The translations under genes and the position numbers were made by a program. Below, piece by piece: positions 41,060 through 54,895 of a stretch of 64,000 bases of DNA. The stretch covers positions 120,590,001 through 120,654,000 of the forward strand of contig OX597817.1 in NCBI GenBank assembly GCA_951406725.2, written 5' to 3'. The DNA is from Octopus vulgaris (taxonomy: Eukaryota). The notes beneath the pieces are model-generated. The model was not told where the DNA came from. It saw nothing but the letters and a program-made list of their open reading frames with translations, and ran no database searches. The first letter of the stretch is position 1; every line of letters begins with the position of its first letter.

Positions 41060-41385
41060 TCTTTTATTCTGTTACTTGTTTCAGTAACTTGACTGTGGCC
41101 TTGTTGGAGCACCACCTTAAGGCTTGTTTTGTCAAAGACATTGACTCATATATATATATATATATATATATAAGTGTGTGTGTGTGTGTGTGTGTGTGTT
41201 ATATCATATATATATATGTTATATATATATACATATATTTATATGACAGGCTTCTTTCAGTTTCTATCTATCAAATCCACTCACAAGGCTTTGGTTGATC
41301 CAAAGCTATAGTAAAAGACACTTGTTCAAGGTGCCACACAGTGGGACTGAACCTGGAGCCATGTGGTTGGGAAGCCACACAGCCA
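41060..41385 (-). mobile_element. SINE family A, diverged, inverted relative to the neighbouring copy
   Basis: Reverse complement of both the head and tail of 41664-42085. Confidence 0.8.
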
Positions 41386-41663
41386 TGCCAACCATACCAT
41401 TACATTCTTCCTTTACCTGCATTTACACCTCATTCACACACTTACACTCTTTGTCGAGCTAATGAGGGCTCCCCTATATGGTTAGTTAATCTGCTAGAAA
41501 AACTAGCCAAATCTCCCCCAAATCACTTTACCATTTGCAAAAAAAAAAGAAAAAAAGAAATCAGGAAGAATATATTAGAAAAGTTGTCTCTAAAATATAA
41601 AAGGATGGGTTGGTTATAGCAGGAATTCCTCATTTCACAGGTATATTTCATCAGGATGTTATA

Positions 41664-42085
41664 GACGCAGAAGTGGCTGTGTGGTAAGTAGCTTGCTAAC
41701 CAACCACATGGTTCCGGGTTCAGTCCCACTGCGTGGCATCTTGGGCAAGTGTCTTCTACTATAGCCCCGGGCCGACCAATGCCTTGTGAGTGGATTTGGT
41801 AGACGGAAACTGAAAGAAGCCTGTCCTATATATGTATATATATATATGTATGTGTGCGTATATGTTTGTGTGTCTGTGTTTGTCCCCTTAGCATTGCCTG
41901 ACAACCGATGTTGGTGTGTTTACGTCCCCGTCACTTAGCGGTTCGGCAAAAGAGACTGATAGAATAAGTACTGAGCTTACAAAGAATAAGTCCCGGGGTC
42001 GATTTGCTCGACTAAAGGCGGTGCTCCAGCATGGCCGCAGTCAAATGACTGAAACAAGTAAAAGAGTAAAAAGAGAGAGAGAGAG
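41664..42085 (+). mobile_element. tRNA-derived SINE (family A), young full-length copy with internal (TA)/(TG) tract
   Basis: A box TGGCTGTGTGG, B-box-like GGTTCAGTCCC, CpG-rich body and GAAACAAGTAAAAGAG tail. Near-identical to 52978-53421. Confidence 0.95.
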
Positions 42086-42733
42086 GCAAAACAATCCCAC
42101 CAGTAATGATAATTTAAACATCTTTTAGAAAGCATGTCCTGAAACATCACTTATCAAACCTAAAAAAACATCTTACAATGAGTACATGTTCTATTTAGCA
42201 ACAAACAATTACTGTAGACTGCAAGAAGGTATACTTACAGAATCATTCAGATAATACTAACCAGCTGGAAGGGTGTCTATGTGGTCATTTAGCCTGTTAG
42301 AAATAGCTGCCAATCGTCCCTCAGATGACAAACAATGCCATACAAAGTAAAGATATATTGTTCAGTTTACTTGTAGATATATCTATGTCTGATAATATGA
42401 TGGTCTTTGCTGGAAAGTTTTAGATCCTAGACCTGCTTAACCAGAAGTTACTGGGTTTAAACAGCCAATGAATAAGCTTATGTGATCACCTGATTTTCTA
42501 GAACCAGCATCTGCCAAATATCCCTCGAATTGCACCCTACTGCCTTAAAGAAGAATGACTCTTTTGATAATATATATCATCATCATCATCATTTAGTGTC
42601 CGTTTTCCATGCTAGCATGGGTTGGACGGTTCAACTGGGGTCTGTGAAGCCGGAAGGCTTCATCAGGCCCAGTCAGATCTGTCAGTGTTTCTACGACTGG
42701 ATGCCCTTCCTAACGCCAACCACTCCGTGAGTG

Positions 42734-42802
<69 letters not shown>

Positions 42803-42855
42803 AGATAGATAGATAGATAGATATAGATGTATGTATGTATTTATATATACATATA

Positions 42856-43079
42856 TACAAGAGGGTGCTGAAAAGTTCCTGGCTATAAGGGTATCATGAA
42901 AAGCTTGGTTAGACACCCAACTTACTTTCCAATTTTTTTTTCAGGGCTTAGCAGAACTGTAGAACTGGTGCAATGACTATGTGATTTTGGAGGTGAATAT
43001 GTTGAATAAAATCTTTATCAACTGAGCCTATTGTATTTTCTTTTAACCAAAGCGAGTAGCTTTTCAGCAGCGCCTTGTA
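42856..43079 (+). mobile_element. Mariner-derived MITE (224 bp)
   Basis: TA-flanked TIRs TACAAGAGGGTGCTGAAAAG / CTTTTCAGCAGCGCCTTGTA. It retains GGTGAATATGTTGAATAA (GEYVE*), a typical mariner transposase end. Confidence 0.8.
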
Positions 43080-43257
43080 TGATCACCTGACTTACTAGAA
43101 ATAGCAGCTTTGGATAATATATATATATATGTAAAAGCATATTACTCTACCTCTGGTATTTGAGTACTCTTTTTTCCATCTTGTTTCACATTTATGTGCT
43201 TACTCTGGTATATATGTATGTATGTATGTATGTGTGAGTGCGTGTGTGTGTGTGTGC

Positions 43258-43290
<33 letters not shown>

Positions 43291-46200
43291 TGTGTAGAAC
43301 AGAGAGAAAAAAATGTGAAACTCCAAACTGAATAGCTTTAATACTGGTTCACCTGGAGTCAAATAACTGCAAAAACAATCAAACAGTTAAACCACTGCAT
43401 TCTTAACAAGTGTAACAAATGTAACACTTTAATATCAGGCCAGCTACCTCATAAGTGTTTGTATTTATACTAGATCTTTACTTGTTGTGCTGCTAATCAG
43501 CAGTTAAAAGAGATTTATTACTATGGAATATATACAGCTGTTTATAACAATGTGATTACATTTGCCTAGTGGTGAAATATTTGAATTTAGCATTGCAACC
43601 AAGTAAAAACGATCATTAATAATATAGTGAATTAGTACATTTTGAACAAAGTAGTGATGGTCTGTGTCAGCAAATAGTAAGTACATTTTCCATTGAAGAT
43701 TAATACTTGAATCACAAATCATCAAATCTCTCCTCTTCCTCCCAACAAACTAATTTATACTTTTACAGGAAGCCCTTGTATTATCTGTGTAAGTACCTTC
43801 TTACCAACAACAGTTTATTTGATTTTTTTCCCTATAATATACATTTGAAAGTAGGAGGACTGTGCCACTGAGAATTTAATTAAACTATACGCTACAGCAA
43901 CTACTTTTCTTTTGTCAAGATGGATCTTCTCTATTTCTCCTCTGTTTTTGAAGTATACTTCTCCATATTCTATTTCAAGATTGTGATTCAACACCACTGA
44001 AACTCACTCATTCCATTCCCATTTACTTCTTTCATTGTGTATCAAAATCATGACCCCGTGCAAGAAGAGTATCTGTTACTCCTGCTCCAGAAATTCTTCC
44101 CCCACTAACAGTCCCTCTCCATCACTTTATGCTTTTTTGTTAAATACTTATAGAAGGCATGGTAACCCTCATGATCACTTTTAAAGCTTATTAGACTAGT
44201 CTCAACCTGTTTCATGTTCAAAGTGGGTAGATCCAGCTCTCACACCTAACCTGCCATGTCATTCTAAAAATAGACCACTCTATCATTGAAATCTCAAAGC
44301 AATAAGATAGTGCATGATTAATTGAGTGTGAATAAATAAGCATTACACTTGACAGAATAATCTGAATGCCAGAGGTTTAAGGGAAGGACAAAAACTACTT
44401 ATAGTTTGGTATCAGTATCATCAAAATAGTTGCCTAAATGATGCTGAAGACAACACTGAACTGCCTTCAGAACTTCTGTTCTTGCTTTGTAGTTGATTAA
44501 ATTTAAATTTGAATCACAGTTTTAAGACAAATGTAAATTTATCAGAACAGGTAATATTTGCATCGCTATTTGGTTTTACTGACAATTTTAGTACATTCAG
44601 GAAATATTTTATAAAGTCTACTCCTTGAACCAAAACTTTCTGAGAGTAGAATCTTTATTTAACACAGATAATACGTGCTATTGATAAATTGGATGCTTTC
44701 ATAGCAATATAAGCAGCAGTTAGTCTCCTTGTAGACAGTAAACATGACCTTAATAGTTTGAGATGTAGAATACTTTTGAAATGTATTCTAATTCTCTTCA
44801 GCAATTTCTCTTGGAAATATCTTGAAACATAATGTATCGTCAATAAGTTAAGCTTGATAACGATTATTTTGTATTACGAGTCAGCAAGAGAAAAACTAAT
44901 CTCTTTGCAGTGTATGTTATCAGATAGATATTTACACAAATGCATCTTGTTGCAGAGAAATGATTTCCACTGCATTGTTCAAGAGAAGAAATTTACAAAT
45001 TATATATGTGGTTGTTCTCTCAAGTACAAAAACGATTTATTTTTGTAAGGAGAAGGAGATATACTAGATTGACTCGATGCCAATATATTTAAAATAGTTG
45101 TAGTATCAAGGATGGAAGGCAAAAGTTGACAATGGAACTGAACTAAATCTGTTTAACCAAATGCATCATGTGCATTTTGGTGTGATAATTGTACGATGCT
45201 GGATTTGAAATACAAGAAACCTTATAAAGCATTCATATAAATGCATGCACATGCATGCACATGCACATGCATGCACATGCACACACACACACACACAATT
45301 TACAAATTTCTGCATTTGAAGAACAGCTTTTCTTCCAATCATGTTATTTGGAAAACTCAACTGTGTTCAAATCTTCTGTATCAGTGATTTATTTTGTATT
45401 TCCTTATTAGTCCTTTGTTTAGCTTGGAATGGTAACATTCTTAAGTCCATCAGTATTTCTAGATATTTTTGGTCTTATCTTCCAGATGGATTAGCTATTA
45501 ATGTTCTTTTTTTATCGTGCTTTTATACTGAGCAGAAAAGATCATGAATGATTTTGTCATTGATAAAATCGTTGTTGCTGGTTTTAAAATTTTAACTGTC
45601 AACTCCAAGTTATTTTCAGGAACAAGTAAACGTTCTTAGATTAAATTTTATAGAATTTCAATATGTTTGATTTGTGTGAGAAGCGAAACATCTAAGGCTT
45701 TGGGTGCTAAGCCTTCAAAAAGAGAGCAAAGAAAGGTAAAAGATGTTGAACTGGTTCTTGGTAGTAAATGAAAGGCAAATTCCAGAGAAGGAGAGATAGA
45801 GAGAAATTTGGATGATGAGCAAGTGGTATGAGAGAACCAGAATATGAAAACGAAGTCTGAGAGAGGGAGCGAACATGAAATGATAAACAGGAAGGGGACA
45901 GTGACTGGATGTTGGTCTGAATGTTCTAAAAACAAAATCAAACATGACTGAGTACTGGTAGGTGTTGAACATACAATATGAATACAGAACTGTTCAGACA
46001 GCTACATACACAATATCAAACACACAAATATGTATAACTATAATGGCACCCACAGACACACATGGGATCTGCGTCTGTGTGTCAATATTTAGGTTTTATT
46101 TTTGCTATTAATAAAACTTCCTCTGCTAATCTATTTTTCTTTTTATGTGTGTGTAGCTCAATATAGGATGATTGTATTATCAATTAATGGTTTTCTACTA

Positions 46201-46329
46201 AATTATGATGTTTTATCATAAAAACACTGGAATTAAAACATCAACAAACAGAAAACAAATAAAAAAAAAACCTACAAACATTTCAGACCACAGAAATTAT
46301 TCCAGACAACTAATATAATGCTCTGTGTC

Positions 46330-46685
46330 TTTATTTTACTTGTCTCAGTCATTGGACCATTGCCATACTGGAGCATAGTCTTGAAGGGTTTAATGGAACA
46401 AATTAACCCCAGTATATATTTTTCAAAGTTTGGCACTTATTCTATTGGTCTATTTTGCTGAAATGCTAAGTAACAGAAATGTAAATAAACCAACACTGGT
46501 TTTCAAACTGTTGTTGGGATGGAAGACACACACACACGTGTTCGATGGGCTTTAGATTCTGCCCATCAAATTCACTCACACAGGCATTGGTTTGTCTGAG
46601 GCTATAGTTGAAGTTTCTTGCCCAAGATGGGACCGAACCTGAAACCACATGGTTTGGAAGCAAGCTTTTTAATTACACAGCCATG
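46330..46685 (-). mobile_element. SINE family A, diverged
   Basis: Reverse complement of family A head and tail motifs. Confidence 0.75.
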
Positions 46686-47162
46686 CAAATTTCAATATAA
46701 ACATGAAAGTTGTCAGCTTCATGACTTAAAGTAATCCCTTAGACACATAAGTATAGCACTTTATTGCTGGTTAACCATGCATTTACAAGATGCTATGGCA
46801 GCACATTATAATACAAATCACAAAACCAGAAGATCATTAGTTGATAACAGTCAATTAACAGAATCATTAAACATTAGATAGAATGCCTTATGGTATTTGT
46901 GTTCTGACTCTCTGCATTCCAAGTTCAACTTAGCCTTTCATGCATTTGGGTGGGATGGAATGTGGGGGGGGGGGGTCAATAAATTACACGATTGTAATTT
47001 AGGTGTAGGGAGCAATTTAAAAATGTCAGACAGAATGTCTTGCAGTATCTTGTCCTGCTCTGTGTAGTCTGAGTTGAAATCCTGGTTCTTCTCACTAGTG
47101 GTGGAAGTAGTGGCGGGCATCCTTCAGGGTCTAGTAAAAATGGCGATGAGTTTGGGAAGTCA

Positions 47163-47394
47163 TTAACCCTTTCACATTTAAACTGGCTACTTTTCCGATC
47201 AAATATTCTGCCAGTTTTATGCTAAAACTGACCTGATCTGGCCCCTCACATCTATTCTACAATATCATTTACAACATCAAAAGCAATCACATCTATAGAA
47301 ATCTCAAAGCTACAAGATAATGCATGATAATTCAAAACAATGTTAATAAATAAGCATTACATTTAACAGAGTAATCTGAATGCTCATGGGTTAA
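47163..47394 (+). mobile_element. TTAA-flanked MITE, family 1
   Basis: TTAACCCTTTCACATT...AATGCTCATGGGTTAA; homologous to 6407-6622. Confidence 0.85.
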
Positions 47395-47874
47395 GCAAGT
47401 GACCAAGTACTTCAGTTTTTCACTTTCAGTGTATATACTCCAGATGGCAGGAGAGAATATGGGAAGACCCTTAAGTCCTGTGCCAATATTCTTTCCTTTC
47501 TCTCAACTATCCTTTATACAAAATTCGACAAACTATTAGTTAGGATTGACAATGATGAATAGAAAAGATGACAGGTATATAGAGCTATTAAACAGACAAT
47601 TTAGTCGCCAAGGAAATCGAAACCACACTACTCACATATGAATACATACAAAATATTTCAACTAACACAGCATGTATCATATGCAATACATTATTTATTA
47701 TATAAGATCTTTATCATTCTCATTCTCCTGAAACTAAGTTTTGCTGGAAAAAAAAAAGAGTTAAAAAAATCCTTCATTGTTCAATGGTAATATAATTATT
47801 TAATATTTTGCTAATTGCATTGATTCCCATATTATTACTCTATCTACTGCTATTCATAATCGCACCATCAAAAG

Positions 47875-47924
47875 CATGGCAAGCAGTAATGCCGCGAGAA
47901 TGTTGGCTTCCATCAGATAAAGAA
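47875..47924 (+). CDS. Candidate coding exon C1 (50 nt, phase 1 to 0): (A)WQAVMPRECWLPSDKE
   Basis: Weak AAG acceptor and a GAA|GTAAGC donor, with CpGs retained. Its phases match both 14581 and 48666. Confidence 0.5.
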
Positions 47925-48194
47925 GTAAGCTAGAGCAAGCCAAGCTTCTACTTAAAATGCGTGATCACTTTTATGAGTACAAGTAGTTATAGATGAGTGA
48001 GGAAAGTGTATTCGCCAATTGTAATGTATTGATTTATCAACCACAAGTAATTGAAGCACAATAATTATGTTTCAATGAACAAGAACATCATAATCAAAAG
48101 AGAAAAGTGCATATATATATATGTGTGTGTATGTATGTGTAATATATATATACATACACACACACACACATACACACACACATATATATGCATA

Positions 48195-48225
<31 letters not shown>

Positions 48226-48345
48226 GTTGTGTGTGTGTCTTTATGGATGTATTGATACATATATATTTGTGCATTTATGGATATATATATATATATATAC
48301 ATATATATAGGTGAGCGTATGTGTGTGTGCATGTCTCTCTCTTTC

Positions 48346-48389
<44 letters not shown>

Positions 48390-48665
48390 TGTATGTATAG
48401 CCTCATTAATTATATTTGTATTATCATTTGTCTAATTACTGATGAATTTCCTAATGAAATAATCGTTCCATTATCATCATCATCATCATCATTGTTACAT
48501 GATTCCCATTATTACATTAACATCATTAGTAATCCCATATTGTTGTTGTTGATGCTATTGTTCTTAATATGTAACAACACAGAAGTACAGTAGTTAGATC
48601 TTGGTGTTCTGATTTTTTCCCTGACCTGCTTTTCATTCCCAATGGAAATTTCGCTTTACTTACAG

Positions 48666-48701
48666 CACTTGGAACCCTTCCGAATGGCACAAACAACATA
48701 A
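48666..48701 (+). CDS. Candidate terminal exon C2 (phase 0): HLEPFRMAQTT*
   Basis: Pyrimidine-rich acceptor with a CTGAC branch motif (TTTACTTACAG). In frame with C1. AATAAA at 48988 and 49066 is weak evidence in AT-rich DNA. Confidence 0.5.
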   Translation, partial: HLEPFRMAQTT

Positions 48702-49314
48702 TTTTCTGTCCTTCCTGATTTTAGAGAATCTGAACAGCCATAGACATCGCATATGTACTTGTAGTTATTGTTGTTGTTATTGCTATTGTAATGATTATTA
48801 AAAATCATCATCACTGTTATTATTAATGTTATTAGTAATGTTCTTATCATTGACGTTGTCTTTATTAATTGTAGTATTCTTTTTCATGTTAAAGCAAAAT
48901 CAATTAAGTAATTCTCTTTAAAATTACTTTCTTTCTTGTTTTTGTTTTTACAAGAAACAGGATAAAAAATGTGTGCTGGTATGATGCAATAAAGATAAGA
49001 AAAGCATGCTATAAATCTATATGTGTGGTATATATATATGTATGTCAGATATATCCCTATGAATCAATAAATATTTTGTTCACAGAAGCAGCATATTTCT
49101 GGTTTTTATATATTTTTTGTTTTAGCATATAATCTGATAAAAGAAAACTAGTGGTGAGAGAAAAAAAAATCTCATGGGGTGATCTTGTTGTTGTAGTAGT
49201 CTGTTTGTTGTTGTTGGTGGTATTATGTTTTTTTGTTGTATCGTTTATAGGCCAATACTATTTCCCATATCAACCATTTGCATATTAGGTCCTCAATTTC
49301 TTGTCTCCTTTTCT

Positions 49315-49321
49315 ATATGTA

Positions 49322-49367
<46 letters not shown>

Positions 49368-49448
49368 TACATACACACACACACACATATATACATACGT
49401 ATATATATATATACACACACATACATATACACACACATATATACATAC

Positions 49449-49483
<35 letters not shown>

Positions 49484-49652
49484 CATACATATATATCTGT
49501 ATGTATATATATATAATGTACATATGTATTTGTGTGTGTGTATATATGTATATATATGTGTGTGTGTACATGTATGTATATATGCATATATGTGTGTGTG
49601 TGTGTGTGTATTTGTATGTGTGTGTGTGTTTTTGTGTACATATATATATATA
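49315..49652. repeat. Compound (TA)n/(CA)n/(TG)n microsatellite
   Basis: Seen directly; source of several spurious ORFs. Confidence 0.95.
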
Positions 49653-50278
49653 ATTTCCCTAGAGCAAAATAAAAATCTTTAGTATTTTCAGTGGCCCCAA
49701 TTAAAACTTTATATAGACCACTTAAAATCATTACAAGACTGAGCTGTAAAAATGTCTGTTTTATGACATGCAATATATAATATGGTAAAATACTTCCTAG
49801 TAGCCAACACATCTTCCTTGTGCTACAGTTCTACTTTTAATGGCATTATTTTTATTTTAGTGTTTGGAAGAAAGTTTTTTTCTTTTTGATGTATTTTAAT
49901 TTTTTTTTTTATTGACATACATTGGAATTTAATGATTGAGTGAATTTAGATCTAGAAGTACCAGTTCATGTGTTTTATGTTTATATTTGTTGTAGAGAAT
50001 CTTTTATTTGTTTTTATTACTTGCCTGTGGCCATGTTGGGGTGCTTTTAGTCTTGGAGTGCTTTTAGTCAAACAAATTGAGCCCCAGTACTAATTTTTAA
50101 AAATAATCTGTTACGCATTCTATTGTTCTCTTTTGCTGAACTGCCAAGTTACAAGGATGTAGACAAACCAATATGGGTTGTTAAGCAGTAGTGGGGTGAC
50201 CAACTCACACAGAAAGATACACACATAAGCACACATGTGCATCCATGTGCACTCATGCACACACATGTGCACACATAT

Positions 50279-50555
50279 GAATCAAGATCACATACTTGAT
50301 GCATGTATGCTAGTAAATGCTACAAAGCTGCAGTATTTTGTCTAAGGGAAATGGTCCCTTCAAAGATGTATCACATTTAAAAATGCAACATATCTCAAAG
50401 CTCAGTGAAACATTTTGCCAAGCTTTTAGGCTTTGAGGTATACTGTGTTTTTTAACACTATACACTTTTGAAGAGATTCTCTTAGACAAAATACTGCAGC
50501 TCTGTAATGTTTACTGACACACATACATTAAATAAGTATGCTGAGATCATGAATC
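50279..50555. mobile_element. Fold-back element/MITE, ~277 bp, with long imperfect inverted arms
   Basis: For example AGCTGCAGTATTTTGTCTAAG pairs with CTTAGACAAAATACTGCAGCT, and CTCAAAGC pairs with GCTTTGAG, around a ~30-nt centre. Confidence 0.85.
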
Positions 50556-50565
50556 TTACCTGTGT

Positions 50566-50907
50566 GATCAGGCATGTTTGATAAGCACAGTTGTTTATGA
50601 AGCCAACTTAGAAGAAAATTTCATCGGTTTATGTGCAAACCAACCAGTCTTTTTTCTGATACACTGATAAAAATAAGGCCACTAAGTTGCTTAGCCATGT
50701 ATGGAATCTGAAAACCAAATGCATGCCATATATACTCAAGTGGAGAATTGGGGAGAAATCTACGTCATATAAATGGATCAAAGAGATGCAAGTTATGCAT
50801 AGCTGAAAGATCACATATTTTTAGGTCCAAGAATTTCACCTCACTACTTAATTCCATATTTGAAAATTTTTACCTAGCACATTGACAAGTTTCTTTTGTC
50901 AAACTGG
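50566..50907 (+). pseudogene. Penelope-like element GIY-YIG endonuclease relic
   Basis: CLISTVVYEANLEENFIGL...ATKLLSHVWNLK...YILKWRI...GSKRCKLCIAE...LLNS...KFLL, interrupted by stops and frameshifts. Confidence 0.8.
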
Positions 50908-51756
50908 ATGACATTACCCCCTCTGAATTGAGTAGCCAATATATAACTTGTTTCTGTTATATTATTATGCACCTGCTATATAAATTATGGTTTTTGCAGA
51001 GAGGGGATAACGATCATACTTTTCTTTTTTCTCATTCCATTTTGTGCATCAATTTTCTTTGCATATTATTCTTGTTTTTTCTTGTTTTCAGTGTCCGGGT
51101 TTTTAAATACATCTAATGTATAAACTGAGCCTGAAGGATTACTTAAAGATACTTGGCATATTATATAAATCTACCAATTTAATGTATCGTAAAGCAGGAA
51201 ACTATTATTAGCTCTCGTAATTGTGCATATTAAATTGTTATTACACACACACACTCACACACAAATGTACGCCTATACATGCACACATGCAAAAACACAT
51301 ATGCACACATACACTCTTACACACATGTCCCATAGGTGGCCTTCAACCTTTTCTGTCCGAAAAGGTTTTAACCCAATATTTATAAGCTGTTATTCATAGC
51401 TTCTTTATCTGCTTTGAGATCTACAGTTAGAATATGTCCACACACACATGTGCGTGCACACACACACACACACACACACACAAACAAAGGAGCTTAGTTT
51501 TGACATTGGAATTATTTTAGAGTTGCTTTACTAAAATCAAATCTAAGAGCAAATGCTTTTGTAATATCAGACTTTGAATCTCTCAATGCCAGATTAGTCT
51601 GTTCAAAAGCAATAACCATCTAGCTTCCTAACACAAAGCTTCAATTTTCTGAATATGCAAAATCCAATAAACATAAACAGACTGAATAAAACAAAATGAA
51701 ATAAAATAAGAGCATTATTAAGATATATTATATAAGATGGATATTTTTAATATGGT

Positions 51757-51816
<60 letters not shown>

Positions 51817-52388
51817 GGAAGCCTTACATGAGAAGATTTATTAAATTAAAATACAACTGAACCTTACATAGAGTAACAATTGTGAAAAATCAATTTTACT
51901 TATAAGGTATTTCACGATACAAATAATTATTCTTTTCATAGGTTTAAAATTTTCTTTATATATATATATATATATATATATATCATCATCATCATCATCA
52001 TCATCATTTAGCGTCCGTTTTCCATGCTAGCATGGGTTGGACGGTTCAACTGGGGTCTGGGGAGCCCGAAGGCTGCACCAGATATATATATATATATATA
52101 GGAATGCACACAAACACACATGCTTATATATATATATATATATAAGCATGCACACACACACACACATGCAAAACATGTACACATACACACACACAGACAC
52201 ATATATATGATGCATAGTTGTATGGTAAGAAGTTTGCTTCCCACCCACATAGTTTTGGGTTTGGTCCTTGAACAAATGTCTTCAACAATAGCCCTGGGCC
52301 TACAAAAGCCTTGCAAAGTAGATTTGGCTAGTGGAAACTGTGTGGAAGCTTGTTATACATATATATTTATGTGTATGTGTGTGTGTAA

Positions 52389-52422
<34 letters not shown>

Positions 52423-52977
52423 TTGTATCTGTCCTTCCACCAACTGGTGCTGGTTTGTTTATGTCCCTGTAACTTGACAGTTTGGCATTAGAGAACAACA
52501 GATAAAGTACCAGGATTTAAAAAATAAGCACTGGTATTCATTTGACTAAAACCCTCGAAAGCAGTGTCCCAATAAGGCCATAGTACAATGACTGAAACAA
52601 AGAAAATATATCATTCAACCACTACCGTGGTTGAATATATTAAATCCACCATTTTGTCAATCGCATCAGCTTCCAAGCCTCGCCACTAATTCAGTTCTCA
52701 ACTAAATTGCAAACTGTTTATAGTTTTAAAGAGGACACCTCTTCAGCTACACTTTGGCATAAATAGTTTGAGATTTGGTTCGGTAGAAAAAAAAATTACA
52801 TCAAAATATCTGTGACTTCAAGTGGGGCAGTAAGGTAGATATTCATCTTCAATTAACATAAATTTTAAAATTTTAAATTAAAAGTATACCTTTCTTCGGC
52901 TTAAATGATAGAAAAATGCATGCAGAATTCAGAATCGCTATTTGCTCTGAACATAAGTTAGTAGAAAAAAAGTTATA

Positions 52978-53142
52978 GGTGCAGGAGTGGCTGTGTAGTA
53001 AGTAGCTTGCTTACCAACCACATGGTTCCGGGTTTAGTCCCAATGCATGGCATCTTGGGCAAGTGTCTTCTGCTATAGCCCCGGGCCGACCAATGCCTTG
53101 TGAGTGGATTTGGTAGACAGAAACTGAAAGAAGCCTGTCGTA

Positions 53143-53197
<55 letters not shown>

Positions 53198-53421
53198 ATA
53201 TGTTTGTGTGTCTGTGTTTGTCCTCCTAGCATTGCTTGACAACCGATGCTGGTGTGTTTATGTCCCCGTCACTTAGCGGTTTGGCAAAAGAGACTGATAG
53301 AATAAGTACTGGGCTTGCAAAGAATAAGTCCCGGGGTCGATCTGCTCGACTAAAGGCCGTGCTCCAGCATGGCTGCAGTCAAATGACTGAAACAAGTAAA
53401 AGAGAAAAGAGAGAAAGAGAG
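52978..53421 (+). mobile_element. tRNA-derived SINE (family A), full length
   Basis: Near-identical to 41664-42085, with a longer internal (TA)n. Confidence 0.95.
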
Positions 53422-54805
53422 GTAAAATGTTACGAAATCTCATGTCACTCCTGTGCCTATTTTTGAGAATTGATATTAAAACACATCAACAAATATATGT
53501 GAGTGAGTGCCTGTGTGTATTTGTGTTTGTCTACCACCACCACCACCACTTGACCAACCAGTGTTGGTTTATCTTTTAACCTCTTACTTGTCTCAGTCAT
53601 GAGATAGATGGTGGCCATGCTGGGGCACCACCTCAAAGAACTTTAGCCGAATTGACATTTGTCACTGTCACAAAATTGTTGATGGATAAACCACTTTATC
53701 ACTGCCTCTTTTCAAAACTTGTATCTCTTGCAATTCTCATACACTTCTTTACATTAACAGGTGATGATTTTGTTTGTAAGTAAAAAGAAAAGAAATATTG
53801 AAGCATATTTGTTGATAAAGTTAAATGATATTAACAGTGTTAATTATAGCAAAGGAAGCTATAACCTGTAGTTTATGAATGTAATTAAACTATAAATTAG
53901 AAACAAGCAGGAATAAAAATCTACACTTCTAGAGGAAGATGTCAGGAAGAAATTTAGGTTGGTTACTACAGAACCAAAACAGCTAAATTACCAAATGCAG
54001 CAGGTTGATGTGTGGGTGTGCTTGTTGTCTGTATGTGTGTATTAAGCTGTGTATTGAAAAATTAGTACATTAGTACTAGCCTAGTGCAGTGGGCCATTCT
54101 CTGTCTGTCTCTGTCTCTCTTTCTTCCTGTTGTCACACCCTGTATGTTCTACAGGATGATGAATATTATATATGTTACATGTGTGTCTCTGTAGGTTCTA
54201 AATTGCTAGTATATGCAGATTTCAAGTGTTAAAAATAAAATAAATTACAAAAAATTGGAAGTTGCACATTTTTTTTTTTTTTTTGGTTTATAATTTGTAA
54301 TTTTTGAAATATTTTCAAACGTCTTGATCCTATTACCTCATTTTCTAAATTTTCTTTTTTTAATGGCCAAAAGCTGAATTCATTTGAAAACTTGTTTGAC
54401 TGAATTTTCGTCTCTCTTTCTCTTATCTCATGTTTTTTTTTCCTTTGTGTTAGCTGGTTTAAGGTATGAAATCTTATTGAAAACACTGCAAGTGAAACAG
54501 TTATTAATTTTAGTAGAGAACCAATGATGGCTTCTGAAATTACTTTGATCACTAGGTGCAAATCACAGATTACAGAATGGAGTTTCAAGACTATTTTGCC
54601 ATTTCAAGTCAATCAATTCAGCAAAATTTTCATGTATGTCGGTTTAATGTGTTATTTTTGCATAATCATATTCGTTCCTGAGGTGAAATATCATTATTAG
54701 AAAAAAAACAAAAATGATCAATTCTAACAAATTAAATGCAATGTTTTTGTTACGTGTGAAATTTTTAATCTATAATTTTAATATTCTTTATTCATAGATG
54801 TACAT

Positions 54806-54827
54806 GGTATTATTATTATTATTATTA

Positions 54828-54871
<44 letters not shown>

Positions 54872-54895
54872 TATTATTATTATCATTATTATTAG
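54806..54895. repeat. (ATT)n microsatellite
   Basis: Seen directly. Confidence 0.95.

Noticed and set aside
41664-41735. tRNA-like sequences at SINE 5' ends
   Set aside because: They are SINE heads with A/B boxes that continue into SINE bodies, with no complete cloverleaf.
46938-47160. GC-richer segment with a 60-aa ORF
   Set aside because: It has no clear splice-site pair. One minus frame (RTRYCKTF...LN) resembles a LINE ORF end, but too weakly to call.
48664-48729. Alternative reading as a 66-nt minus-strand exon (CAG...GCT|GTAAGT)
   Set aside because: No partner minus-strand exons were found, and the + strand reading fits the phases of neighbouring exons. Not fully excluded.
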